A stretch of 64,000 nucleotides of DNA from positions 1-64,000 of the IMG/VR virus record IMGVR_UViG_3300021963_004241; one strand, given 5' to 3'. The position numbers and the translations under genes are program-made. A model generated the notes under the pieces. It saw only the letters and a list, made by a program, of their open reading frames with translations, was not told the origin of the DNA and made no database searches. This DNA comes from a virus. Of this stretch, positions 1 through 7,954 are shown piece after piece. Numbering within the stretch: the stretch's first letter is position 1; every line of letters begins with the position of its first letter.

Positions 1-610
1 TTTCGTAGTCGCAAACTATATCTGGTCGAATAGCTTCGTGTTTCGCCTCACCACTACAACTTAGTTTAGCACTAACACTGAATGTGATCTCTTTGTGATA
101 TTCTGGATGAGGCATCAGCCATTCTAACAAATAATTTGCAAAATCTTCAGTTAATGGCTGAGTTCCATTTGTTTCAAAAGTGATTTCTTTGAGACCTGCC
201 ATTTTAGGATGACGCAGTAAATCCGGATATGCACGTTGCCAACCTAGTAATGGTTCGCCGCCTGTAATTACCAAATGTTCATCTCGCCATTCATTGAACG
301 GTAGAATCTCAGAGATTCTTTCTGCGATGGCGTCGGAAGTAAGCATTGGACTAAGATCCTTAAAACGAGGATCCCAGCTAGCATAACTATCACAACCTGT
401 AGAAACCAATGGAAGTTCTTCATACTTTTTAAAATCCGTAATTCTTTCGGCAATAGCCTCTACTTCTGTACTGAGCTCTCCTTTAGGCATACCAAAGCCA
501 GCACACTTAAAGTTACAACCAAATGTACGTAAGAAAACAGACGGAACACCCATGTACCGTCCTTCGCCTTGCACACTATAAAACAATTCTGCAATTTTTA
601 ACTTACTCAC
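1..610 (-). CDS. queE: 7-carboxy-7-deazaguanine synthase QueE (radical SAM), runs off the left edge of the window
   Basis: Not in the ORF track. Manual translation from GTG at 610 (AGGA SD upstream) gives MSKLKIAELFYSVQGEGRYMGVPSVFLRTFGCNFKC...GCDS...LVITGGEPLL...ITFETNGT, the hallmark QueE motifs. Confidence 0.92.
   Translation of the reverse strand, partial: MSKLKIAELFYSVQGEGRYMGVPSVFLRTFGCNFKCAGFGMPKGELSTEVEAIAERITDFKKYEELPLVSTGCDSYASWDPRFKDLSPMLTSDAIAERISEILPFNEWRDEHLVITGGEPLLGWQRAYPDLLRHPKMAGLKEITFETNGTQPLTEDFANYLLEWLMPHPEYHKEITFSVSAKLSCSGEAKHEAIRPDIVCDYE
563..609. repeat. 47-bp direct repeat, copy 1 (5' end of intact queE)
   Basis: ttcgccttgcacactataaaacaattctgcaatttttaacttactca, identical to 1236-1282. 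Confidence 0.97.
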
Positions 611-627
611 TACTAATCCTTATCTGT

Positions 628-1203
628 TTAATATCTAACATTGAATGACAAACTTAATCTTGGTTTGACTGCTGGGAGAGTTCTGTGCATTAAATGGCTC
701 ATAAACACAATACATCTTCCAGTGACACTTTCATATTCAACATTACAACAATTCTCTATATTGACTTCGCTATATTCTGGGAAACATGGTTGATGAAAAT
801 ACCACGGAGCTTGAAATATGAAATCTTTGGTTTCTGTTCCGTCTATATAATAGACACCCGAAATCATACTGTCAGGATGATGATGTAAATCTTGATAACC
901 ATTAGTATTATAGTAATTTAACCATGCATCCTTTATCTGTAAATCTTTTGTGACAATTTTGTGAACATCGCAAAAAACTGTTACCGTTTCTACTATTTGT
1001 TTTTTGATAGACTCAAATTCATCAAGGTTAAGTAAATCTTTTGAAGTGTGAACCGTACTAACGCAAGGAGAGTAAAATGGTTTCTCTCCTAACTGATTAA
1101 TTATTTCCATTGCTTTATCTACTACACTATCTTTGTTTTCAATCTGATAGTCTTTATAGATAACATTACTAGGAAATAATTTATCAATGCAAAAGTCTGT
1201 CAT
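628..1203 (-). CDS. 2OG-Fe(II) oxygenase (TIGR02466-like)
   Basis: WLNYY...HHHPDSMISGVYY...GRCIVFMSHLMH...RLSLSFN motif pattern. Confidence 0.85.
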   Translation of the reverse strand: MTDFCIDKLFPSNVIYKDYQIENKDSVVDKAMEIINQLGEKPFYSPCVSTVHTSKDLLNLDEFESIKKQIVETVTVFCDVHKIVTKDLQIKDAWLNYYNTNGYQDLHHHPDSMISGVYYIDGTETKDFIFQAPWYFHQPCFPEYSEVNIENCCNVEYESVTGRCIVFMSHLMHRTLPAVKPRLSLSFNVRY

Positions 1204-1283
1204 ACAAATAGATCCTCATTGTATTCACAGTGGCTTTCGCCTTGCACACTATAAAACAATTCTGCAATTTTTAACTTACTCAT
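1200..1283 (-). pseudogene. Truncated duplicate of the queE N-terminus (27 aa)
   Basis: MSKLKIAELFYSVQGE followed by the unrelated SHCEYNEDLFV*. Its ATG overlaps the end of the upstream gene and its TGA overlaps the oxygenase ATG. Confidence 0.85.
1236..1282. repeat. 47-bp direct repeat, copy 2
   Basis: Identical to 563-609. Confidence 0.97.
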
Positions 1284-1479
1284 TCCTTATTATACCTTTA
1301 TTAATAAACGTTGTCAAGTCTTCTTTTGTTAATGTATACGAACCGTCTCCATTGTTAATCCAATAAAGCGAATCACCAACTTTAAAACCAGATTCTTTTA
1401 AAATCTCATCTGTAAGTTCGATATAACAATCACCTGTACTTTTATCTTCTTGAACATCTAATAACCAACTTTTATTCAT
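1276..1479 (-). CDS. AbrB/MazE/SpoVT-like small DNA-binding protein
   Basis: GDCYIELTDEILKESGFKVGDSLYW...GSYTLTK swapped-hairpin pattern. Confidence 0.65.
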   Translation of the reverse strand: MNKSWLLDVQEDKSTGDCYIELTDEILKESGFKVGDSLYWINNGDGSYTLTKEDLTTFINKGIIRNE

Positions 1480-1682
1480 AGATACTCGCTTAAAAATATT
1501 TTACAGAGCAGAGCATCTTCTTCAGTTCGAAAAAGGAATTTCATTTTAGTTTCTGTAGGATGATATGTCCAACGATCACCTGGTAAACCGAATCTTTCTA
1601 CTACGCCTGCACATATTTCGTTCCAGGGAGTACTTGGTTGTTTCCAGGGAACTAATATTTGATTATTATACTGGATCGCCAT
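1476..1682 (-). CDS. Hypothetical protein (start probably MAIQY at 1682)
   Basis: ORF track 1476..1733. Its upstream part overlaps the CDGSH gene. Confidence 0.6.
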   Translation of the reverse strand: MAIQYNNQILVPWKQPSTPWNEICAGVVERFGLPGDRWTYHPTETKMKFLFRTEEDALLCKIFLSEYL

Positions 1683-1833
1683 TGAGATCTGCTTTGCCTG
1701 TTTCGTAAAGTTCTTTACGTTGTTGAAACTCATCCTCAGATAACCCGTGCCAACCTATGCACTTACCAGTTGGACTACGACCACACCCACATTTACCAAT
1801 TTCGCTTTCGTTTTGTTCAACTCTCACTTGCAT
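1666..1833 (-). CDS. CDGSH-type (mitoNEET-like) 2Fe-2S small protein, 55 aa
   Basis: Below the ORF-track cutoff. MQVRVEQNESEIGKCGCGRSPTGKCIGWHGLSEDEF..., with an AAGGA SD 6 nt upstream. Confidence 0.75.
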   Translation of the reverse strand: MQVRVEQNESEIGKCGCGRSPTGKCIGWHGLSEDEFQQRKELYETGKADLNGDPV

Positions 1834-1835
1834 AA

Positions 1836-2045
1836 TCATTCCTTAAAATATTTTTGTATTACTTCTAACTTATCCATGTATTCAGAAATTTGATCAATTT
1901 CTTTTTCAATGGCATCCATTAAATCAGTATGCTCGTGAATAGCCATAGGATTGTTTAGCATAATGTCTACATTCATTTTATGCTTTAGAATGTGTGCCTC
2001 GAAGTGCTGTGTTAAAACGCCAATAATTTCTTGTCTCATTACCAT
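1836..2045 (-). CDS. Hypothetical helical protein
   Basis: ORF overlapping neighbours in the operon. Confidence 0.6.
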   Translation of the reverse strand: MVMRQEIIGVLTQHFEAHILKHKMNVDIMLNNPMAIHEHTDLMDAIEKEIDQISEYMDKLEVIQKYFKE

Positions 2046-2428
2046 TTCCTATAATTGCCCTTTTCAGGAATAACGTGACGAACGCCTCCTGTGGGGTCTT
2101 CCATATCTCCAGTACGTCTCGGGATGAGATGTACGTGAGGCCAACCTACGGTTTGACCTGCTGCTTTACCGTAGTTAAATCCTACATTGAATCCGTCGCA
2201 GTCACCTTCTTCGACCATGCGCATTCCGTCGCGGACAGCACTTTCGAATGCATCCATTAGAACAGCTACAGTGTTATATTTAGGCACGAATAACAAGTGT
2301 CCTTCTGTTACAGGATATTTGTCATAAAATACTTTTACGTGAAAATCTTCTTCTAGAAGATTATCCCAGGGTGCTGTGCTATCTTCGATAAAAGGAGGTT
2401 GCCCCTCCATAATAACTTCTTTTTTCAT
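2039..2428 (-). CDS. HIT family hydrolase
   Basis: YPVTEGHLLFVPK...AAGQTVGWPHVHLIPRR. The first His of the triad is replaced by W. Confidence 0.9.
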   Translation of the reverse strand: MKKEVIMEGQPPFIEDSTAPWDNLLEEDFHVKVFYDKYPVTEGHLLFVPKYNTVAVLMDAFESAVRDGMRMVEEGDCDGFNVGFNYGKAAGQTVGWPHVHLIPRRTGDMEDPTGGVRHVIPEKGNYRKW

Positions 2429-2979
2429 TTTGACCACCATTCTTCATATGGAAATTCAATCCATAGATCGTTTTCTGCTTTATTGATTTCTTCTCCGGTA
2501 TAGTCCATTTTAATTTCAGACTTACTGGCTAAGTTATCAAACACAACTGCAAATCTTACATTTTTATTCCAGACTGTGTTCCATACACTAGTCTCATTTG
2601 GAAAACAACCCGATTCCCAATCTTGCTTAATCCAGTTAATAGTCGATCCGCTGTCGTTAATATCATCGACTATTAGAATATTTTTTCTAAAACTAATGTC
2701 CCAGCGGCTACGTATTGTTTCTTGTTGATCGAGTGGAACAGCACCGAAGGCATCTTCAGCCATCCACAAATTACTCTCACAGCTTCCGCCGTCTCTAAGA
2801 GATACAGCAAGTGTGTGCATAGGTACACCTAACCAGTGACTAATCATTACAGCTGGCAAAAGTCCACCGCGAGTAATGCCAACAACGTAATCTGGTTTCC
2901 AACTTGAAAATTGAACCTGTCTACAAATGGTGCTGACATGATTTCTAAAATCACTAAACTTTACTATGCGCTTGTTCAT
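2425..2979 (-). CDS. Type I phosphoribosyltransferase (xanthine/guanine PRT-like)
   Basis: VVGITRGGLLPA and the PRPP-binding ILIVDDINDSGST; C-terminal WIEFPYE. Confidence 0.88.
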   Translation of the reverse strand: MNKRIVKFSDFRNHVSTICRQVQFSSWKPDYVVGITRGGLLPAVMISHWLGVPMHTLAVSLRDGGSCESNLWMAEDAFGAVPLDQQETIRSRWDISFRKNILIVDDINDSGSTINWIKQDWESGCFPNETSVWNTVWNKNVRFAVVFDNLASKSEIKMDYTGEEINKAENDLWIEFPYEEWWSK

Positions 2980-3391
2980 ATCTCCCTTTCAAATATTGTT
3001 CGTGTTGTATCCATTTTCCGTTAACATCAAATCCCCACTCTCTTTTATGGGGACCTGGCATAAACAATGTCCAGCAAGTAACATTAGGATCTAGTTCAAC
3101 TCTGTGAAAGCTTTCTGCTTTGCAGACTCTGAAATGACCAGGTCCTCTCCAAAAACGACCTTCTGGAGTTGTTTCCCAGTACCCGCCTTTTAAAATTAAT
3201 GTGGCATATGGCCAAGGATGATCGTGGAGATCGTCTGGATCTCCTTTTAAGAATTTGTGTAAAAAGATATTAAATGGAAATTTCTCTCGGTCCTTAAGGA
3301 ATAGATAGTATCTTTCTAGATATGGCTCGTCACTTAGACGATCCATTATGATACGTTTTCTTCCAATTTTTTCAAGCAATTTTAGAAACAT
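2954..3391 (-). CDS. Cupin-fold protein
   Basis: LHDHPW...LILKGGYWE...FHRVEL cupin metal motifs. Confidence 0.7.
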   Translation of the reverse strand: MFLKLLEKIGRKRIIMDRLSDEPYLERYYLFLKDREKFPFNIFLHKFLKGDPDDLHDHPWPYATLILKGGYWETTPEGRFWRGPGHFRVCKAESFHRVELDPNVTCWTLFMPGPHKREWGFDVNGKWIQHEQYLKGRYEQAHSKV

Positions 3392-3815
3392 TGAAAACCT
3401 CTTCTTCTAAATATCTTTTTAATTCTTTATCTGTTGGTACAACATTATAGTTCTGTTTAAAAAAGATTTCGTAACTATCAGAACCATACTTTCCAATGCC
3501 GTATAAATCTGTAGCATCGATACCGTCCCAGATTAAAAAATCATTGGTCATTTTTTTAATTCGTTGATATCGAACATTTACCATTCCTAAAGGCCATATT
3601 ACATCCTTGACATCTTCTTCTGATGCACAAGTAAACGAAATATGATCGTACCAACGATTCAAGAAGATAGGTAGAACATATTTGACTGCCTTTCTTCCTG
3701 TCTGATTTAGCATTATTACAGCTACCATGTGTTGCCACATTTTAGCCCTAACATCCTGGGGATGTGCCGGTAGCTGTTGCTGAACCATTAAGTCGTCACG
3801 CAATGGGGTGATCAT
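3372..3815 (-). CDS. MBD4-like HhH-GPD DNA glycosylase
   Basis: VIMLNQT...PLGMVNVR...LYGIGKYGSDSYEIF...PTDKELKRY, resembling the MBD4 glycosylase domain with the catalytic Asp retained. Confidence 0.75.
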   Translation of the reverse strand: MITPLRDDLMVQQQLPAHPQDVRAKMWQHMVAVIMLNQTGRKAVKYVLPIFLNRWYDHISFTCASEEDVKDVIWPLGMVNVRYQRIKKMTNDFLIWDGIDATDLYGIGKYGSDSYEIFFKQNYNVVPTDKELKRYLEEEVFNVSKIA

Positions 3816-4651
3816 CGCGGAGCAAACTCCTGTTGCATTTTAATGTTGTCAAAGAATTCTTTCTTTGTGCCAGGATCATCTTTAAATGCACCTTTGAGTA
3901 CAGTAGTCTGTGTAAGACTAGAATGTGCCATAATGCCGCGATTCTCGCAGCATCCGTGAGTGGCTTGTACGTATACTCCTAGATCTTTGGCTCCTGTGGC
4001 CTTTTCGATCTCCCTAGCAATATCATTACAAAGTTCCTCCTGGAGAGTGCCTCTTCTGGCACACCATTGGGCGATGCGTGTGTACTTAGATAAGCCGATA
4101 AGTTTACTAGCGGCAATAATGCCAATATAAGCAACGCCAACAACGGGTTGGTGATGATGACTACACATACTACGTAACTCACTACGAACAACCAACATGC
4201 CTTCATATCTTTCCTCACTATCATTAGGAAACGCTGTAGCGTTTGGGCCAGGTTCATACCGTCCTGCCATAATTTCATTAAAGTACATTTTAGCTAAACG
4301 ACGAGCAGTACCTTGACTGTTAGGATCACTTTCCCGATCAATTAGCAAACGGTCAAGCACTAGTTCAAATGCTTCTGTTGCTTCGTCAATTAACTTTGAC
4401 TTATCTTCTTCTGAGATGTAATCGCTGATGTTATCTCCGGCCCAGAAACGTTTCTTGTCACGTTTCATTTTAGCACGTATCGCATCTGCGAGATATGATT
4501 CTTCATATCCCTTATCACTCATCATTTCGCCGGCTTTTACATAAACCTTTTGTGGCAAGGGTACATACTTGTCCTCAAATGTTTCTTCGACGAATGTTCT
4601 ATCTATTTGTGCAGTAAGCACTGGATCTGGTTTAAATTCTGGTTTTGCCAA
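3812..4651 (-). CDS. folE: GTP cyclohydrolase I
   Basis: SMCSHHHQP, IGLSKYTRI, LQEEL, HGCCENRG. TTG start. Confidence 0.95.
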   Translation of the reverse strand: MAKPEFKPDPVLTAQIDRTFVEETFEDKYVPLPQKVYVKAGEMMSDKGYEESYLADAIRAKMKRDKKRFWAGDNISDYISEEDKSKLIDEATEAFELVLDRLLIDRESDPNSQGTARRLAKMYFNEIMAGRYEPGPNATAFPNDSEERYEGMLVVRSELRSMCSHHHQPVVGVAYIGIIAASKLIGLSKYTRIAQWCARRGTLQEELCNDIAREIEKATGAKDLGVYVQATHGCCENRGIMAHSSLTQTTVLKGAFKDDPGTKKEFFDNIKMQQEFAPR

Positions 4652-4692
4652 TTATTATTCTCCGATGTTTAGGCAGTGGATTGCCGTTATTA

Positions 4693-5766
4693 TTATTTTA
4701 AATTCTCTAGTAGATTATTACAACTGAAGAAGTTTTCTTTTAGTAAATCTACCTGTTTATTTAGGCTAGGTAAACGAGTTTTGTAATTATCCATGTGTTC
4801 GATAATTTTTCTACATAAGTCCGGACGATATACAGTATATGAATCATAACTCTCAGTCCATTTGCTAGGATACTTGAAAACATCCATAGCCATTTCACTG
4901 TAGCTAAGACGATCTGGGACCATAGGAATAGCATCAACTAATGCGCCCTCGTACCAACTAATGCCAAGTGTTTCTTGTAAGTTAGCACTGAATACCATTT
5001 TAGCTTCGCCTAACAAATTATGATATTCATTCTTTGTTAGTTGTTGCTCTTGGCAAATTACAAATTCGTATTGTGGAAGATGAGTCTTAAGATCGCGGAA
5101 GATCTCGACTTGTTTTTCTGGAGCGAGTCTGTGTGGGAATAGGATGAGATCACGCTTGGGCATGTTCTTATACATTAACAGAGTATCGGCCATATATTCC
5201 ATAGGCCAACCTGTGCGAACAATCTTACCTTTTGCTATATGGGATGCATCTAGCAAATTTCTGTCGAGTCTTAACAATTCAAGACCAAACATATCAATAT
5301 GAAACTCTGTAGCAAAGTAGTTATGATCAATAGCGTAAAAGAAACTTTTCTCGGCGTGTCGAACCCACTTAGCGTCACCAATTAGTCGACCTAAAAAGTC
5401 TTGAGGATCATAACTGCCGGCATGCCATAATGCGTGTATTGTTACAGGAATCTGTAACAGTTCACTCATGTATTTTAAATTTATGATACCAGGGTGCCAA
5501 GCATCAGTAAAGATAAAGTGATCGCCGGGATGAACGGCTCCGTTACAAAATAAACGCCCCATCTGCTCAACTTGGCTAGACTTATATATGTTAGTCCCCC
5601 CAAAATTAAGAAAGGCGCCAGGAGTAGTGGCATTAGGAATATCCGTAGGGCCATCGATAACTTGAACATCGTAACCTCTCTTTCGTAGTAACGCAGGCAA
5701 GTGGATTTTCCACTCGCCTGTGTAACGTGTTTCAACAGCTTCTAGATCAACGAGAAAAATTTTCAT
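4693..5766 (-). CDS. GT-B fold glycosyltransferase (GT4-like)
   Basis: FPHRLAPEKQ and ETLGISWYEG (ExFG...E motif) in the C-terminal Rossmann domain. Confidence 0.8.
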   Translation of the reverse strand: MKIFLVDLEAVETRYTGEWKIHLPALLRKRGYDVQVIDGPTDIPNATTPGAFLNFGGTNIYKSSQVEQMGRLFCNGAVHPGDHFIFTDAWHPGIINLKYMSELLQIPVTIHALWHAGSYDPQDFLGRLIGDAKWVRHAEKSFFYAIDHNYFATEFHIDMFGLELLRLDRNLLDASHIAKGKIVRTGWPMEYMADTLLMYKNMPKRDLILFPHRLAPEKQVEIFRDLKTHLPQYEFVICQEQQLTKNEYHNLLGEAKMVFSANLQETLGISWYEGALVDAIPMVPDRLSYSEMAMDVFKYPSKWTESYDSYTVYRPDLCRKIIEHMDNYKTRLPSLNKQVDLLKENFFSCNNLLENLK

Positions 5767-5995
5767 TGCGACCGGATCTGTTAAAATCTCTACGAGGTTT
5801 GTTGTACCTCGTATTATGATAAGGACGTTTCGATTGCTGGAACGCCTTATATTGCGGACTGTTATACATGTCCGCTGGGTTAAATGGTAGTAGATTAAAT
5901 CGACAGTAATCTAGATATGCATCCAGATCGTCGAATACTCTAGTGACTTCAGGCTTCATCGTTAGATATTTGTTAAGCCAGGAAGGATTTGCCAT
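5747..5995 (-). CDS. Hypothetical protein (start MANPSW)
   Basis: AAGGA SD upstream of the ATG at 5995. Confidence 0.6.
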   Translation of the reverse strand: MANPSWLNKYLTMKPEVTRVFDDLDAYLDYCRFNLLPFNPADMYNSPQYKAFQQSKRPYHNTRYNKPRRDFNRSGRNENFSR

Positions 5996-6011
5996 TTTTA
6001 TTTCCTTTAAG

Positions 6012-6407
6012 TTAGTACTTGATAAATGAACCATTTTCTCCGTCTTCGGAGACCTCAATCCAAACCTCACGGTCTGGATACTTTGCGTGAATCTGAGCAT
6101 ATAAATCGTCGCTCATCATCTCACAACTTTTGTAGTCTAGCGACAATACACCTTCGTTGCTAGAATACAGTTTTTCGAGCCATCGCTTGAATTGTATAAA
6201 TTCCACATCTCTGTCATTGTGGGTGACACTAAGCCATACCCTAAAATGAAAAATATGGCGATGGGGATTAGCCAAAAACGATACATCATATTCATCTCCT
6301 GTTGCTAGGTTAGGATCTGTTGCGGCTGCTGGATATTTGTGGATACCTTCTTTACGGAAGGTAACCCAAATCATTTTGTGTGGTCTAATATCTTGCTTAA
6401 CGATCAC
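6012..6407 (-). CDS. QueD/PTPS-like T-fold protein (divergent)
   Basis: EGIH...PHRHIFHF...DRDVEFI...SCEM...EVSEDGENG. Lies next to folE and the GT. Confidence 0.75.
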   Translation of the reverse strand: MIVKQDIRPHKMIWVTFRKEGIHKYPAAATDPNLATGDEYDVSFLANPHRHIFHFRVWLSVTHNDRDVEFIQFKRWLEKLYSSNEGVLSLDYKSCEMMSDDLYAQIHAKYPDREVWIEVSEDGENGSFIKY

Positions 6408-6604
6408 TTAACTAATCCTTCGCTTAATTCTTTAATTTGAGAGTCTGTCAAAAAGAATTGATATGTAGAAGTGTTTTCGACTTCTCCGTCTTTAATAGAC
6501 TCTTGAATAAACTCAAGACTATTTAGATCGTTGGGCCTAAGACAACGATTTTTTCTAACGCGAATTTGAAAAGCTTCGCTGCTTTTAACAATAAATTCTG
6601 TCAT
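6404..6604 (-). CDS. Hypothetical protein
   Basis: ORF with overlapping start/stop junctions. Confidence 0.6.
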   Translation of the reverse strand: MTEFIVKSSEAFQIRVRKNRCLRPNDLNSLEFIQESIKDGEVENTSTYQFFLTDSQIKELSEGLVK

Positions 6605-6918
6605 TTTAAACCTTCCATTGTGATAATTTTTCCTATTTCTTCGCCTAGGTCTTTATCATCGGTTATAACATAAACACCATTGCTGTGGCGTTCTTTTGAA
6701 ATCTCATAACGATTAACCTCAACAATTGTTCCGCCTGTAGCTTTAACAACTTTAAGATTAAATCCTCGAGATTCAATTGTATTATCTCGATATCCAATTG
6801 CTTGTGCAGTACCCATTTTTACTAATCCTTCTTCAACATAGTTTTCTTTGTTACGTGCTCGATTCCAAGATTCTTGCACTTGGTTATCAAACCATTTAAT
6901 CAATTGCTTTTTAATCAT
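6601..6918 (-). CDS. Hypothetical protein
   Basis: ORF with ATGA overlaps. Confidence 0.65.
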   Translation of the reverse strand: MIKKQLIKWFDNQVQESWNRARNKENYVEEGLVKMGTAQAIGYRDNTIESRGFNLKVVKATGGTIVEVNRYEISKERHSNGVYVITDDKDLGEEIGKIITMEGLK

Positions 6919-7457
6919 TTGATTATTTCATCTTTCAAATAATCGGACCAGGGAGTAAAGTTTTTACGAGTTTTAAGATCGTGCAAACTGTGACTCCATA
7001 CTCCGGGGTTAGTAGATTTAAAATCTCTGTCGTCGATTTTTATCATTGTGTTATAATTCCAAAGTTTGATGTAAGGAATTGGAACTCTTATTTGCGGAAT
7101 AAAATTATCACTGTCATTCAATCCGCCGTCATTAAATTCTTCCACTGCACTAAGTGGAATATCTAAACTACACAAATAATCTTTGTCGAGAAAATATTGA
7201 ATCATTTCTTCCCATTGTTTCCAGTCGTCGTAGTCAACAGGATGAAAACTGTGATTAGCACCAAAGAAAATATGCTTGATATGTTTTGAATGATCTATGT
7301 AAGAATTTTGATCGTTGAGAATACTGTCAATCGCATCAGTAGGTTGAACACCTGTTACAAACAGAGTTCTCATTCCGTATGCGGGAGTATGTTCGACCTC
7401 GTTACCTATAAAGAAGATAACGTCATTTGCTGATCCTGATGCGTAGTTTCGATCCAT
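6915..7457 (-). CDS. Uncharacterised protein in the deazaguanine cluster
   Basis: 180-aa ORF with enzyme-like motifs GNEVEHTP and HIFFGANHSF. Confidence 0.7.
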   Translation of the reverse strand: MDRNYASGSANDVIFFIGNEVEHTPAYGMRTLFVTGVQPTDAIDSILNDQNSYIDHSKHIKHIFFGANHSFHPVDYDDWKQWEEMIQYFLDKDYLCSLDIPLSAVEEFNDGGLNDSDNFIPQIRVPIPYIKLWNYNTMIKIDDRDFKSTNPGVWSHSLHDLKTRKNFTPWSDYLKDEIIK

Positions 7458-7690
7458 TATTCTGCTTGTATAAATATGTTGATAGCTTCTGCCACTGACT
7501 GACCTTGTTCTTCCGTTAGATCTTCTGACAGTTCAGCGAAACCTTTTCCGAACTTTGTTTCTTCAACTAAACCATCCTTGTTGACAACTCCGTCTGCCAT
7601 TAGTAATTTCCAAACCCGATGGAGGTCTTGATAGTCGCCTACTAGAGTTTGTAATTCTGGGTCTGTTAGTTTAAATACGTCTCTTGCCAT
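7457..7690 (-). CDS. Hypothetical protein with its own promoter
   Basis: 77-aa ORF with an AAGGG SD. Confidence 0.6.
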   Translation of the reverse strand: MARDVFKLTDPELQTLVGDYQDLHRVWKLLMADGVVNKDGLVEETKFGKGFAELSEDLTEEQGQSVAEAINIFIQAE

Positions 7691-7707
7691 TTTGTTCCCT
7701 TTTAAAA

Positions 7708-7740
7708 ATTATACGATCTTGATACATAAAAATCAAGATC
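7708..7740 (-). promoter_or_regulatory. Sigma70-type promoter overlapped by an inverted repeat
   Basis: TTGATT-17nt-TATAAT; GATCTTGAT-N8-ATCAAGATC at 7715-7740. Confidence 0.7.
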
Positions 7741-7744
7741 AATG

Positions 7745-7954
7745 TTATCGATCATCGTCAAAATCAACAGTCTCGTGATCGTGTTCCCACTGCAATTTCA
7801 CAAGTCTCGCGATTTCATCTTTAAGCAATAGCTTTTGTTTTTTCATATTAGAAAGAGCTTCGTCAGTATAATTTCCTGTTCTTTCTAAATCTGAAATTTG
7901 TTTATCGAGGAGTCGATGTGATTCCTCTAGGTGTTTGATCCTGCCTTCATACAT
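7745..7954 (-). CDS. DUF465/YdcH-like coiled-coil protein
   Basis: HRLLDKQI...MKKQKLLLKDEI. Confidence 0.75.
   Translation of the reverse strand: MYEGRIKHLEESHRLLDKQISDLERTGNYTDEALSNMKKQKLLLKDEIARLVKLQWEHDHETVDFDDDR

Noticed and set aside
268-453. 61-aa ORF in the track
   Set aside because: Alternative frame inside queE, which the track missed because it runs off the window edge.
563-1282. Classical IS or prophage explanation for the 47-bp repeats
   Set aside because: No transposase, integrase or terminal inverted repeats in the 673-bp unit.
4652-4690. GGCA-ATCCAC-TGCC hairpin upstream of folE as a riboswitch
   Set aside because: Only a 4-bp stem, too little to support a call without covariation data.
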